Below are positions 11,750 through 26,210 of a stretch of DNA of 64,000 nucleotides, piece after piece (the first letter of the stretch is position 1; the number at the start of each line of letters is the position of its first letter). The notes below the pieces were generated by a model. The model was not told where the DNA came from. It ran no database searches and saw nothing but the letters and a program-made list of their open reading frames with translations. The translations under genes and the position numbers were made by a program. This DNA comes from the human T2T-CHM13v2.0 reference genome, Homo sapiens, in the NCBI RefSeq assembly GCF_009914755.1, contig NC_060934.1, one strand, 5' to 3'.

Positions 11750-13740
11750 CACCCGCTCCTGCAAGGCGAGCGCGGCGGCGAAGGCGACGGCACAAATGCC
11801 CACCCCAGGATCCCAGACCCGGAATGCAAGCCATTCCGGGGGCCACTTTCCTAACACCACCGAGTCCGGAGATTGTACCGTATGGAAGACTCGGAGTGTG
11901 GCCTATAGGAGGCAGAATCCCATTCATCAAACGCTGCAAAGAGCTTTTCTTTGTTCACCATCGTCCTAAGTACAGTACGTGTTAATGAGCCCGGGCGGTC
12001 AGATGGAAGGAGCTCGGCTTCAGGGGGCGTCCGAACGCGAGGGACCCGGGCAAACCTGTCCGCGCGGTTCGTCGCTGCTGCGGCGCCCCGGCCCGTACTA
12101 CAAGCATTGTTCCCCAAGTCCGAAAATGGGGGTGGAGAGCTGGGGGCTGAGGGACAAGGTGGGGGGGCGGGGGGAGCGAGAACACACTTGGGACAACACA
12201 AACCGCAAACCCTCCCCGGATTCTGGGTGTCCTCGTTTCTTTCGTCTCTGCCCCAAGAGAAACCCTGAGCGGGGAACCTGACTCCCACGGGCTTGCAAAA
12301 TCCAAGACTAGCAAAAATGTGACTCGACCAGTGTGCCTGTGCCGGACGGCCCTTCTCGCCATGTGCAAAAGCCACGCCGGCGCGGACGCCCCCACTCCGC
12401 AAGCCCCAGCGGTGGCCTCCCCGCGGGCTTCCCCCGCCCGGGACAGAATGCCCCCTCACCCCCATCCTGACCGCCCCGGACAGTCCAGCAGCAGCGGAGC
12501 CCGCCGCCTCGCTCCCGCACCCCGGGGGTGGCGGGTGCAAACTTCCGCGAACAAAAGAGTTGTCTGCAAACGATGCGGGAACTTCGGGGCGAATGGGGCC
12601 GCCCGGCTCCCGAGACTCCGCGCCTCCTCCGCAGCGGCTAGTCAGGGCTCAAGTTGAGACGCGGAGAGGACACCCCCGGGCGCAGCAGTCCCCGCGCCCG
12701 CCCGCCCTGGCCTGGGGAGCGCAGACTTTTCCGCCGCAGCCAGGCTTGTTCTTCCCCATGCCTGTGCTCTGACAAGTCTCACGCCTGCATCAGGGGCGAG
12801 ACCGAGCGCCCGGAGAAACCGCCCGACCCAACCCAAAGGCGAAACAAGGCAGAAAAAAAGGAAACCAGCAACATTAGGAAAAAAGAAAAAAAAAAGGCAA
12901 GCCCATTGCGCACGCGAGCCGGGCTCCCTCCAGCCAGCGGCCGGGACGCACACGGCCCGGACCTCGCTCGGGGCCAGCCCCCCGGCCACCGCCGCCGCCG
13001 CCCGGCCCCGGGTCGCTTACTGTGCGCGGCGGGGCGCTCCGGGCGCGGACCCCGCGCCGTCACCGCCAGCGCTCGCCAAGTCGTCCGGGGTGCCCGCCGC
13101 GCGTCCGCCGCGCGCACGCTCGCCTGCCGGCGCCGAGCGCTTTGTACGAGCGACTCCCGGGGAGGAGGAAATCGACTTGTCACTTCCTGAAGTGTTTGCA
13201 ACTCGTCCCTTTAACCGGCACCGGCCAGGCCGCCCGCACCCGCCGCCGCCGCGGAGCCGCCAGACCGCGGCTGCGTGAACTCGGCCCGGCGCTTAGCGGG
13301 CGGTGTCGCGGGCCCGGGCGCTAGGCGCGGCGGCGGCGTGCAGGAGGCAGGCGGCGTGCGGCGGCGGCGGCAGGCGAGTGTGCAGTGCGCGCAGCCGCCG
13401 ATGGGCGGGGAGTGAGGGACTCGCGGCGCGCCGCCGGCGGGGCTAGAGGGCGTCCTGCGGGCTCAGCCGCGCGCCGCTCGCCGCGCTCGCGCCTGCGAGG
13501 CCCCGGGACGCGGGAAGTGGCCCCGGGCCTGGGCCGCGCCACCGCGGCTGCCCGGGCCCCGCGCCAGAGGCCCTACGGGCTTCTCTCCCCGCCCCCAGCA
13601 CGAGCCGGGATGAAAACGCTGGGCCGCATAGGCTTCAGGCGTCCAGCTTCCGGGTTGTTAGATGCCGAGGTTCAAAAGAAACGATCACTTCAGTGGCGTG
13701 CAGGACAGCGGGCGGGTGGGGTCGGGGAGGGGGGACCTTA
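11750..13740. promoter_or_regulatory. CpG island / promoter of FAM53B
   Basis: about 2 kb of very high GC/CpG with GCC runs, GC boxes, ETS core CAGGAAGTG (13181-13189, minus) and G-tracts. Confidence 0.9.
13021..13390 (-). other. FAM53B: FAM53B non-coding first exon (5' end approximate)
   Basis: Donor ACA|GTAAGC at 13021/13020 inside a large CpG island; no minus-strand ATG in the exon; gene identity from recalled synteny with EEF1AKMT2 (no FAM53B coding sequence in the window). Confidence 0.78.
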
Positions 13741-15641
13741 AAGTGTTGTCACACTTTGGGAAAATAAAGCGCAAATTTCCTAACTCGGGGCGCTGTGACT
13801 GTGTACTTCAGAAGCCACATCCAAAATACATGCAACTGGCGAAGGAAGGATTTGTGGTTGCTAAGCAGAGGCAGAGCATGTTTAGTTCTGTAACTTAGGA
13901 TGTTGACTTAAGTTCAGGAATGTAACCCTGATAGAATAAGCAGAGTATTTTCATTGTGCTGCTCACCTGGGGGAGGGGGATTGTTTTCCTTGTGAAGCCC
14001 TAGATTTCGCATTACTCCTTCCTACTGGTGTATGTTATTTTATTGACCTTGTATCCAAAAAGCGATTTTTAAAGAGAAGTTTTTTTAAAACTCCCTATGC
14101 CTGTTTTGTGTTCTCCTTTGCCAAAAAAACAAAACACCTCATTACTTTACATGGATTGTGTCTGCGCCATTTGAATGGTTCTATTCATAAATAAGGAAAC
14201 TTTTTCTGTTGCTTCTAGGAACATTTAATTGGTTTTAATCCAATGTTTCAATCCCAGTATCAAACATAAATGAACAATTAACTTCTTGAGCTTTGTGTGC
14301 TTGGGAAACTATTATATTTCATGGCTATTGCTGAAATATTTCAGAATATCATCACACCGGACCCATTCTTTTCAGAAAAGCATGAACTGACATCTCCTTT
14401 CACACTACAGCTCGCTCCACTGAGTTCTGCTGCATGATTAGAATGGACAGCAATCAGTGGAAAGGATATGAGTCTATTCATTTCAAGTTACATGATGTGG
14501 GATAGAGTCAGTTCATCCTAGAAAGCCAAAATGAGCTAACATACAGAATACAGCATACTAAGATATTGATATCCTTACCCATATACGTTGCTTTTTAAAA
14601 ATGCATTAAGGACCAATCTTGAAAGGAACAAGATCCAAGAACCGATGGTGAACAAAAGAAGGCCCAAGGAATAATCTAAGAATGCTGCTATGCTTAACGA
14701 AAAGAGTCAGTGTTTCCCTAAAGCCATCTGATATCACACAATCACCTCAGCCTTTCAGAGCTTTAAGGACAGAGTTTAATTTACTAACGTTTTATTAGGA
14801 AGCCTAGAGTGACTCCTGCTGGCAAACATTCAGTTTATTCCTACAATTACTAGTTCATCAGGTCAACTTAAAAAACAAGATGCAGGGTCCCAGGCCTGGA
14901 AACAATTATTACAACCATTATTCTTGTTGCTTTCAGGATGATTTGCGTTTCACATTCCAAGGATGGTGGTCATGGCCAGTTCCTCTGCTGTAACACCTCC
15001 TTTCCAACCTAAAGCAGCCTGTTTTTCTGGTTCTGAGGCTTTCTTGAGGCTGTCTAGAATATACTTGCTTAAGAAGTTATGCTATTAACCAATAAATAGT
15101 TACTTCTCATTTTCTAGATTTGTATCTCCAAAGGCTAAAAAGATATGCATACATTAAGACCTGTGTCACACTTAACCTTCCATACTATAGGTTCTTCCCA
15201 CATGATATAATAATCCTACAGCTATATTATAAAACATCCTCACTTCTTAGTGCTCAGCTCCATAGTTCTTTACTAAGAAAAAATTCTACCCAAAAGGTTG
15301 TTGTTATATTAGAGTTCTGCTCAATTCAGAAGAGTAGCTAAAAATGTAGAACTCTAGATTTAAAGCTATGTAAAAGCTGCAATGGGGTGGGGACATGGAG
15401 CTAAACTGTCTATCTTTGTTCAATCCAAAATGGTCAAAACCAGATTTTGCACACAACCAGACACCTAAATGCAAATTCATAGGCCAATTTAGGAATAAAT
15501 CCATAAATAATCTAAAAACTATTACTTGTAACTTTTCCATTATCACCAACCAACGCTAACCTGATTAAGCCGGAGAACACCCTGGGAAATATAAAATGCA
15601 GGGATTACTTGCAGTCTTTTACATCAAGACCAATATATGAC

Positions 15642-16004
<363 letters not shown>

Positions 16005-17154
16005 CTACCAAATAGAGGCACACTTGTGTGTAAGGTATGCAACACATTTCCACTCAAAACTGCCTGGGAGATAGAAATTGAGTATCATTCTATATTAGAG
16101 AGCTCCCCTATTACAAGTTTAAAGCTCTTAAGCAACAGGATGACAATAAGGGTGTGTTTTATTAAGGGTGTAACCTACTATAACTTGTATCAACAAGCTA
16201 ATAAAAGTATTCACCTAAGCACATTTGTGCAGACGAGGGTAAAGGTTGGGTTTTGATATGCACTAAGGAGTGTCTTAGGTAGTTAGTGGGTGTTTTATTT
16301 TTATGCCTTTAGAACCAGATAAATGTGACGTTCAAACAAAGAGCTGAGCTTTGAGGCTTGAACAAGTACCAGCAAATGTTCAGTTTTTCCCATCAAATCT
16401 ATCTGTAGGTATGGTTGTAAAAAGAGCTTACCACTAAAAAATTATAAACTGGTTTGAGAGAATAACATACTATCCTTTTTAGACTAACAAGTGAACTAAA
16501 CAAACGCCAAACGTTATACACTGGATCCAACAGCAGTATGCAGATGCACGTGTATTCACCCCTTTATTTGGCTTCCAAAAGCCACTGCCTCTTTGTCACA
16601 ACCCTTGTATTAAAAGCCAGTCATTCACATTTCACACTGTTCTTTCTACATTTGAAAAGATCTTTTTAAAAGCAGAACCTTTTTAAAATTGCTTATAATA
16701 AATTATGAGAAGACAGATATCACCAAGTCCACCTTAAGTATTTTCAAAAAGATAGGTGACTGGAAATATGTTAGCAAAATATACTTCTTTGGAAAATATA
16801 AGAAGTTTCTGGTTACAGATGGAAATAAAAAATCTGAACCTATCATGGGGGCAATTTTCACGTCTTACTCAGAAAAAAAAGTTCTGTAAATTTTCCCACA
16901 TCTTTGTCCAGCTACAACTAGTAACCCTACCTACATTAGCATGTAGGGATCACATGACACATTAATCCCTCTGTTCTTTCCTGTCTGTTCTTTTTATCCA
17001 CTGATGAAAATAAGAAATGAATTATAGCTCTGGCTGGAATCATGCATGTGTGTATATACATACATACATACATACATGAATGATACATATATATACACAC
17101 ACACCTTTTTAAAGAGGTATTTGGTTGCTGAGGACAAAATTACTCTTTGATCCA

Positions 17155-17494
17155 ATAACTAAATAAAACAATTTATTTTCACTGAAAAATAACCTCAGCA
17201 ATGAGTTTAATAATACCAATCCCACTCCTTTGATACAAAATAAGAGTTGAAAGCAGCTTGAAGAGGAGTGACTATTGAGATCAGCGCATGTGAAGCCACA
17301 CAGCTTTGTAACTGACTGTCTAGCACCATTGAGGTACGAAAGCATGCCAGCTGGGCCAGCATTGTGCACCACAAAGTATGGGTTGTGAGCCTAAGTCCTG
17401 AACACAAACCCTGCTTTCCAAGTTGGCAGGTGCTGAAAACACAGCAAATGTCACGCTTGCAACTCACTGGAGGGAAGAGTTCTGGTAAAGTAAG
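17155..17494 (-). other. EEF1AKMT2: Candidate distal non-coding terminal exon of EEF1AKMT2
   Basis: branch-like TTTAAC, pyrimidine tract and AG (gctctgttctttttag|) at 17495/17494; ATTAAA 17206-17211 and AATAAA 17172-17177 on the minus strand. Confidence 0.5.
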
Positions 17495-18842
17495 CTAAAA
17501 AGAACAGAGCAACAGTTAAAACTTATTTCAACTTCATATTTTTTTTTCAAAGTTAATAGTAACTACTGGTATTATGTGCTACAAGAAAACACAAGCATGA
17601 ATAACAAACATTTAAAAGTTTATGTATGGTAAATAAAAAGCTTTAAAAAAGTGTAAGAAAGGCTTTTCACTATCTACAATCAAAGTAAATGGCATAAGTA
17701 AAACTTATTAAGCCTATTTTATTATCCTAATACTAAGGTTCAAAAGCATCTGTTTATGATCTTACATGAAGTAGATGCTAATTATTATCATTATAACATG
17801 GTGAGTTCCCTAGTTTGCTTCAGTTACCCCACCAAAAACATATCTAAAAACAAATTACAGTATTTTCATATTGCTATATTATAAATTGCATTTAATCTAG
17901 AAAATATTTCAACTGTAGACCAGGCTAAATGTTTATGTTACCATCTTTAAATGAAACCATTTCAACTTTTTTTCTTAAATATTCTTTAGTGGAATTCACA
18001 TTCAGTATTTGAGATATAAGCTCAAAACTTAATTTTTCTCTTGTCAACTATCTGCCATAAGTCACTGCCTCAAGAAAAATCGATTTTGAATTCATCCCTA
18101 GTGATATGCTCAAAGCTACTGCTCTCCTGCCTTTCCCCCTAAAAATGAAACTGAGTAAATTTCATTTTCATTAGGTAGAAAGGAAACTAAAACTAGATAC
18201 AGTTGGTGATTTCACAGAGCTTAAAAACCCAATCTAAAGGCTGAATCCTTTGGATTTAAAATGTCAAGAAAAGAAATCAGCCTCTAGTTCTAAAAGGCAG
18301 AACATTCCTGGGAGCAGTACGAAAAGAACATTTAGCCTACATACTAGCCTGTGAATTTCTTAACTCTCCTCAGCAGTTTGTCAATCTATTATATTAACCA
18401 AAAGCAAAGATCTTTTGTTTGAATTCATACCCATGACTGTTCTAAGAGAAGACTAGCCTTGCCGATTTTGTATGTGCGTAACCTGCAGCTATAGGTTTAA
18501 CTGTACCTATAATATGAAAGAATTGACATGAATGAGAAGCTGGCTTACTATTTTAATTACTAGTTACAGCTTCTCTTAACTTTTACAAGGGACAAAAAGC
18601 AAAAAAAAACACCTTGATCAAAACCAGGTTAGTCAACCACTGTACTCTTAAACTACCTAACATAAAGAACTGAAGCTTTGATTCTGTTCTGTCCTAAAGA
18701 GGTACATCATATCATATTGACCTCAACTCTGTAGAACTTTCTTAAAATGGTTAAAAGACTAAAGCCCTCTAGGATTAACTAGAGAAAGCAATATGGCTCT
18801 GGCCAACATGTCTATAGTCATACTAAGCATTCTAGACATTGA

Positions 18843-19217
<375 letters not shown>

Positions 19218-19716
19218 AAACCAAATGTTTTCTAGAGTAGCATAAATAACTGATTCACCATACTTTTTACACACTACACTGTCAATTCTAGTATAAACTA
19301 AGGACAAATCAGATAAACTAAAGTATTACTCAACATCAAACGAAAATGTCACCGTGAATGGCACTGTTAACTTACAGCAAAGGAAATAAACCTGAATCAC
19401 TTATCAAGGATATCAAATCTGGATGATGCAAAGTAAAAATCAATTATAAAATCTCAGGCCACTGCTTCCTAAATGGCCAAGACCCAAATCCAATTCAACA
19501 TTTTCATTAAATCCAGTTCTACCAGCTTCCTGATGCATGATCCTACAGGGATATGCTCTTGGTTCCTTTGTCTGATATCACTTGGAATAATGCCTTGGCA
19601 CTCAGACCTAATGAAGGAAGGTATACCATATCCTTGTCCATTTGGTTTCAATTCAAATGCACCCACATTTACATTTTCCCCCACCATACCCACATTTCTT
19701 AGTGAATAATTACTGG

Positions 19717-20020
19717 GGCCGGATGCGGTGGCTCACACCTATAATCCCAGCACTTTGGGAGGCCAAGGCGGGAGGACTGCTTGAGGCCAGGAGTTCGAGA
19801 CCAGCCTGGGTAACATGGCGAAACCTTGTCTCTACAAAAATTACAAAAAATAGCTGGGTGTGGTGGCACGTGCCTGTGGTCCCACCTACTATGGAGGCTG
19901 AGGTTGGAGGATCACTTGAGCCCAGGAGGTTGAGGTTGCAATGAGCCATGATTGCACCACCCTACTCCAACCTGGGTGACATAGTGAGACCCTGTCTCCA
20001 AAAAAAAAAAAAAAAAAAAA
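19717..20020 (+). mobile_element. AluJ
   Basis: ggaggactgcttgaggccaggag J-type diagnostics; A-tail. Confidence 0.95.
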
Positions 20021-20101
20021 TTACCACTTAAAACAGGTAACGATCTAAATCCGAGGGGTATTCTTAGTCTCTGCTGACACATCATAAAGGACATTTCATG
20101 A

Positions 20102-20429
<328 letters not shown>

Positions 20430-20484
20430 AATATGTGATCCTCATTTCTTAAATGACTGAAAAAAAAAAAAAAAAGTACTTCAA

Positions 20485-20608
20485 GCCCAGCACAGTGTAC
20501 CGCTCAGGAGTCCCAGCTACTTAAGACGTTGAGGCAGAAGGACTGCTTGAGGCCAGGAGTCTGACTCCAGCCAAGCAATACAGTGAGACTTGGTCTGTCA
20601 AAAAAATA
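20485..20608 (+). mobile_element. FLAM / monomeric Alu
   Basis: single about 120-nt 7SL-derived arm with A-tail; TSD aagt(a/g)cttca. Confidence 0.75.
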
Positions 20609-21130
20609 AATAAGTGCTTCAGCACCAGCGCTAGCTAGAGATTAAGGAAGAAGCTACACAGTATGATTTCTAAGAAGTTCTGAAAGGCCTACCTAAACTT
20701 TCCCTCTCACTTGTCTAGCACTCCGCCTCTCTTCACTCATTTAATCACTCCTAGAACACAAATGCCTACAATGGAACTGAATATACTAAAACTGTGGCAC
20801 TGAGGGGTAAAATCTCAAACAATTAAACATATTAACTCCATGGGAAGAAGGGTCCTTGGAGGAAAGAACACTGATTTAGCCTTGGTGTGTGCCAGCAATC
20901 CCGCTAAGCTGCTTTACATTTCTCACTTAATATTCACATTCCTAATATGCAGGGTCTAAACCACTGCTTCTCTCTCCAAGCTGTTTCAAAGAAATGTAGG
21001 GAAGGGAAACCAACCTTAAGTACCTACTATACAGAAGGTACTTTGCTATCACCTTTAACATACTTCTGTTTCACTGGGGAAATAAGCAGTTACAGAGACA
21101 AACTGACAGTAGCCTGGAGAGACACAGGGC

Positions 21131-21310
21131 ATAAGAAGGGCAGACTCATATACTATATATACTGTAGTATATACAGCATACTATATATAAGAAGGGCAGA
21201 CCCATATACTATATATACTGTAGTATATACAGCATACTATGTATAAGAAGGGCAGACCCATATACTATATACACTGTAGTATATACAGCATACTATATAT
21301 AAGAAGGGCA
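21131..21310. repeat. 56-bp tandem repeat, 3 full copies plus a partial copy
   Basis: units start at 21131, 21187, 21243, 21299: ataagaagggcagacccatatactatatatactgtagtatatacagcatactatat. Confidence 0.95.
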
Positions 21311-21312
21311 AG

Positions 21313-21637
<325 letters not shown>

Positions 21638-21841
21638 CTATACCCATATACTATACTCATCTTAGAGTGGCAAATTAGGTAATCTGTGTGTAGTTTGTGT
21701 CTTGTGTCAAAAAAGAACCATATTGGGGAGATTCCTCAAATTATCACAATTTTCCTAAGGCCCAGTCTTGATCTCTATATATAAAAATGGAAGTGGACTA
21801 AACAATAAGATGTAAATTCCTAAATTTCCTGGATATCTCTA

Positions 21842-22468
<627 letters not shown>

Positions 22469-22677
22469 TTATCAAATAGATATCAGTGACAATACTCAAA
22501 TACAAAGTTTAAGAAAACATGGACAAAGGTTTTTTTTAGATTGAATACTCATCTGACTGCTTCAAATATTTTATGTACATATGTATATATGAGTACAGAT
22601 ACCTTGGTTTAAAAGAACCATCAAGTTACCTAACAACTGAGAGTTAGCAAACGGGGTATTTAATCTCCCCATCTATA

Positions 22678-22850
22678 CAGTCGACCCTTGAACAACATGG
22701 GTTTGAACTATGCGGGTCCACTTATACTTGGCTTTTTTCAACCAAACTCAGATGGATAATCCAATATTCTTGGGATGCAAAACTCACCTATGTATAGATT
22801 TGGTTATAAGCAGGTGGTCCCAGTATCCCTCGTGCATACCAAGGGACAGC
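22678..22850 (+). mobile_element. MER8 / Tigger2-derived non-autonomous element
   Basis: TA-CAGTCGACCCTTGAACAACATGGGTTTGAACT start and ...aagggacagct end. Confidence 0.75.
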
Positions 22851-22905
22851 TATTCTAGAAGCCTATTTTGTAGGGCTTTTTCTAAGCCTTAATTGATTTC
22901 AGGAG

Positions 22906-23639
<734 letters not shown>

Positions 23640-25274
23640 GAATGTTAAATATCACTAAGTGCCCCTGTTTTATGGAGAGAAAAACTGAAGACCAGAAAAG
23701 AAAAGTAACTTGGCTAGGTCTAATCATTTTTTCTCCAAAATTAAATATTTTTAAAAATCATTTGTTTGACATCTATTCTATTGCTTAATAGATTTTAACA
23801 AATTACCTGCTGTTATAAAATGAAAGGAACCAAAATAAATTCATCTGAATTTCAAGTTCAGAAAATAATCTGCTTAATTCATTGCAAATAATGAAATGAT
23901 CTCACTTCTGCTACATAATGTCTTCATCATACAAATTCCAACAGGATACCTTAGCTCACTAACTGAATACTGGGGGAAGACAGCTTATTTCGTAGTGAGC
24001 TCCAGTATTCAGAATTGCCCTTTTAGTTTAATTCAGTTAATTACTTTTTAATTAAATAACAACCACAACAGTTGGTAGTTTCAACTACAAAGCCAATAAT
24101 TCTGTCCTATCTCTTGAACAAACTATATTATCAATTGTTTGATCCAACTGGCTCTCTCACTGAATCTGGGCTTTCCCTCTAGGCCTGTTGGGTTTACAGA
24201 GGGGATAAACAGCTCAGCCTTGTGTGCCTTGCTTATGACTGATTCTTAAAAATCAAAATATTACTCTCATTCAAAATAACAGTATAAAAGCAGCTTCCCT
24301 GAAATACAAATGCATCTCAAAGGTTCTATTTATACATAGCACCACATGTAGTTTGCACTCACAATTTCAGGCCTTTCTTCCAAAGCTTGCGTACAGCTCT
24401 TTAATTTTGCCAGGTATGTTTCATTAAATACCATATTATGACTTTCCCCATTCAGAAACCAACTAGGCTTCTTACTGAGAAGATAGAAGGAAAACCTAAT
24501 TATCACTGCTTCAATGCATCTAAATTTATTTCATTACCCAAATCAACAGAGTAGGGGCTAGCTGCTGTTGCAGAAAGGCAGACGGATATGGAGTATAAAC
24601 TGCGCTTTCCTCCATTCTTCCTTCCCCTACCCCACCCCTCAAAGTTCCATGGTTGGAAATCATCCTAACATTTTTTCATCCTAACATTTTTTTAGCCAGG
24701 ATGTACTAAAATTAGATGGGAACAAAGGCCTGACATTTTCCTATTAGCAGAAGGGTTAGGAGGAAAATGTGAACTGACAGCACCCACACTCTTCTACATT
24801 TAGCCTCTTCCTCCCAACAGTTCTCTCCTCTTTGCAGCAGTAAGGCAGGCAAAGCTGGGGAACTACAGCCATCCCAATGCCATTTCGATTCTGCTATCAT
24901 CAATGATAAGCTGCCTGATCTGTAATATATTAATGAAAAATGAGAAATACAGTTCACAGTCCCCTTATTCAACCAGAGTGTTTTCATATTTTTTCCTAAG
25001 CTACTCAGAAATATACACGATATGCTAATTGCTGGAACATGTGTAAATTTTTACATATTTGGGAAAACAGATGTATTAGATTTGCTTTTCTTAAGATGCT
25101 TCCAGCTACTATGAACAATAAAGATCACTCATTAAAATACTTATCATTTGTTGATACAGTACAGTAATAAAAATACGTACGTAAAAATATAACATGGAAG
25201 AATTTATCTTTTCTCATCTCTTCAGGAAACAAAGAAATCATTTCTTTTGAAAACAAAAATGTAGATTTTGGCTT

Positions 25275-25280
25275 TTTATT
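25275..25280 (-). terminator. Candidate distal polyadenylation signal of EEF1AKMT2
   Basis: AATAAA (minus) downstream of the candidate 3'UTR exon starting at 26006. Confidence 0.4.
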
Positions 25281-26173
25281 TCTTCTTCTAACAAGCTAGG
25301 CAAGTAATTTGCAAATACTTTAGGGCTCAACTGATCTCCTAGTTTAAGTCTCTTTTACAGTGGTATCAGCATGACAAAAGTACATTCTGCCAGCCTATAC
25401 ATTTCAGTTTTTGAAGTCCTACTCCAGAAAAGCAGGATAGGATATTGATACATTCATGTCTTAGGAATTATTCCTATCTTTTTAAGTTTATTTCCCTGGG
25501 CCTAAACTATAGTGACAGCTCAAAATTCAGCTAGAGAAGTCCTTTTAATGATCAGTCTAATACACTGTGTTGCAAAAGATTTTTAAAACTCAGTAAGTAC
25601 TGACTCAAGCTCTCTTTTTTCCTGGTTACTGGAGCCCATCTTGACATCTAAGCTGGAAATGAATGATCGTTCAACAACACTCCAGGGATTTTGCTAAGGT
25701 CATATTCAATCATTCATTAGGCTTCTTACCCGTCGCTTTTCAGAGTTCCATTGTAGAGCTGGTTTTATTCAGCATTTATGTAGCCTGTGGGCTTGGGTAT
25801 TTGTCTGCTTGATGTTGAGTTTCATTTCTATGCCCTGAACATAGGAATCCATCAATTGACCAAAGAATTTCAAACTATTCTTTTACTTTTCTAACAAATT
25901 GCATGGTGTATATGAAGAATAAATTAGCATTAATTTTCTTCCATTAACTGTTAATAAAACATGCTGATGAGCTCCCTCTTCTTCTATGGACATCTCTGTT
26001 TCCTGCCTAACCAAGAGAAATGTAAGGATTTCCTAATTTTTTTCCCCACTATGCAATTGTCTTTCAGCCGTATATGCTCTTCACCTCCCACAATCAAGCT
26101 CTAGGTCATGGGCAGCCTTCATTCAGTGAAATGTACGAGACAAGACTTCTTTCAGAGCCCATCAACACTCCCT

Positions 26174-26175
<2 letters not shown>

Positions 26176-26208
<33 letters not shown>
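26176..26208. repeat. (CA)n microsatellite
   Basis: about 16 uninterrupted CA units. Confidence 0.95.

Positions 26209-26210
<2 letters not shown>

Noticed and set aside
11851-13741. Long overlapping ORFs (up to 229 aa) on both strands
   Set aside because: Arg/Pro/Ala/Gly-rich products of a stop-poor CpG island; many use non-ATG starts; no recognisable domain
14331-14344. Perfect 14-bp palindrome CTGAAATATTTCAG
   Set aside because: Several are expected by chance in 64 kb (64000/4^7 is about 4)
21131-21310. Regular repeats resembling a CRISPR array
   Set aside because: Head-to-tail units without unique spacers, no cas genes, human DNA
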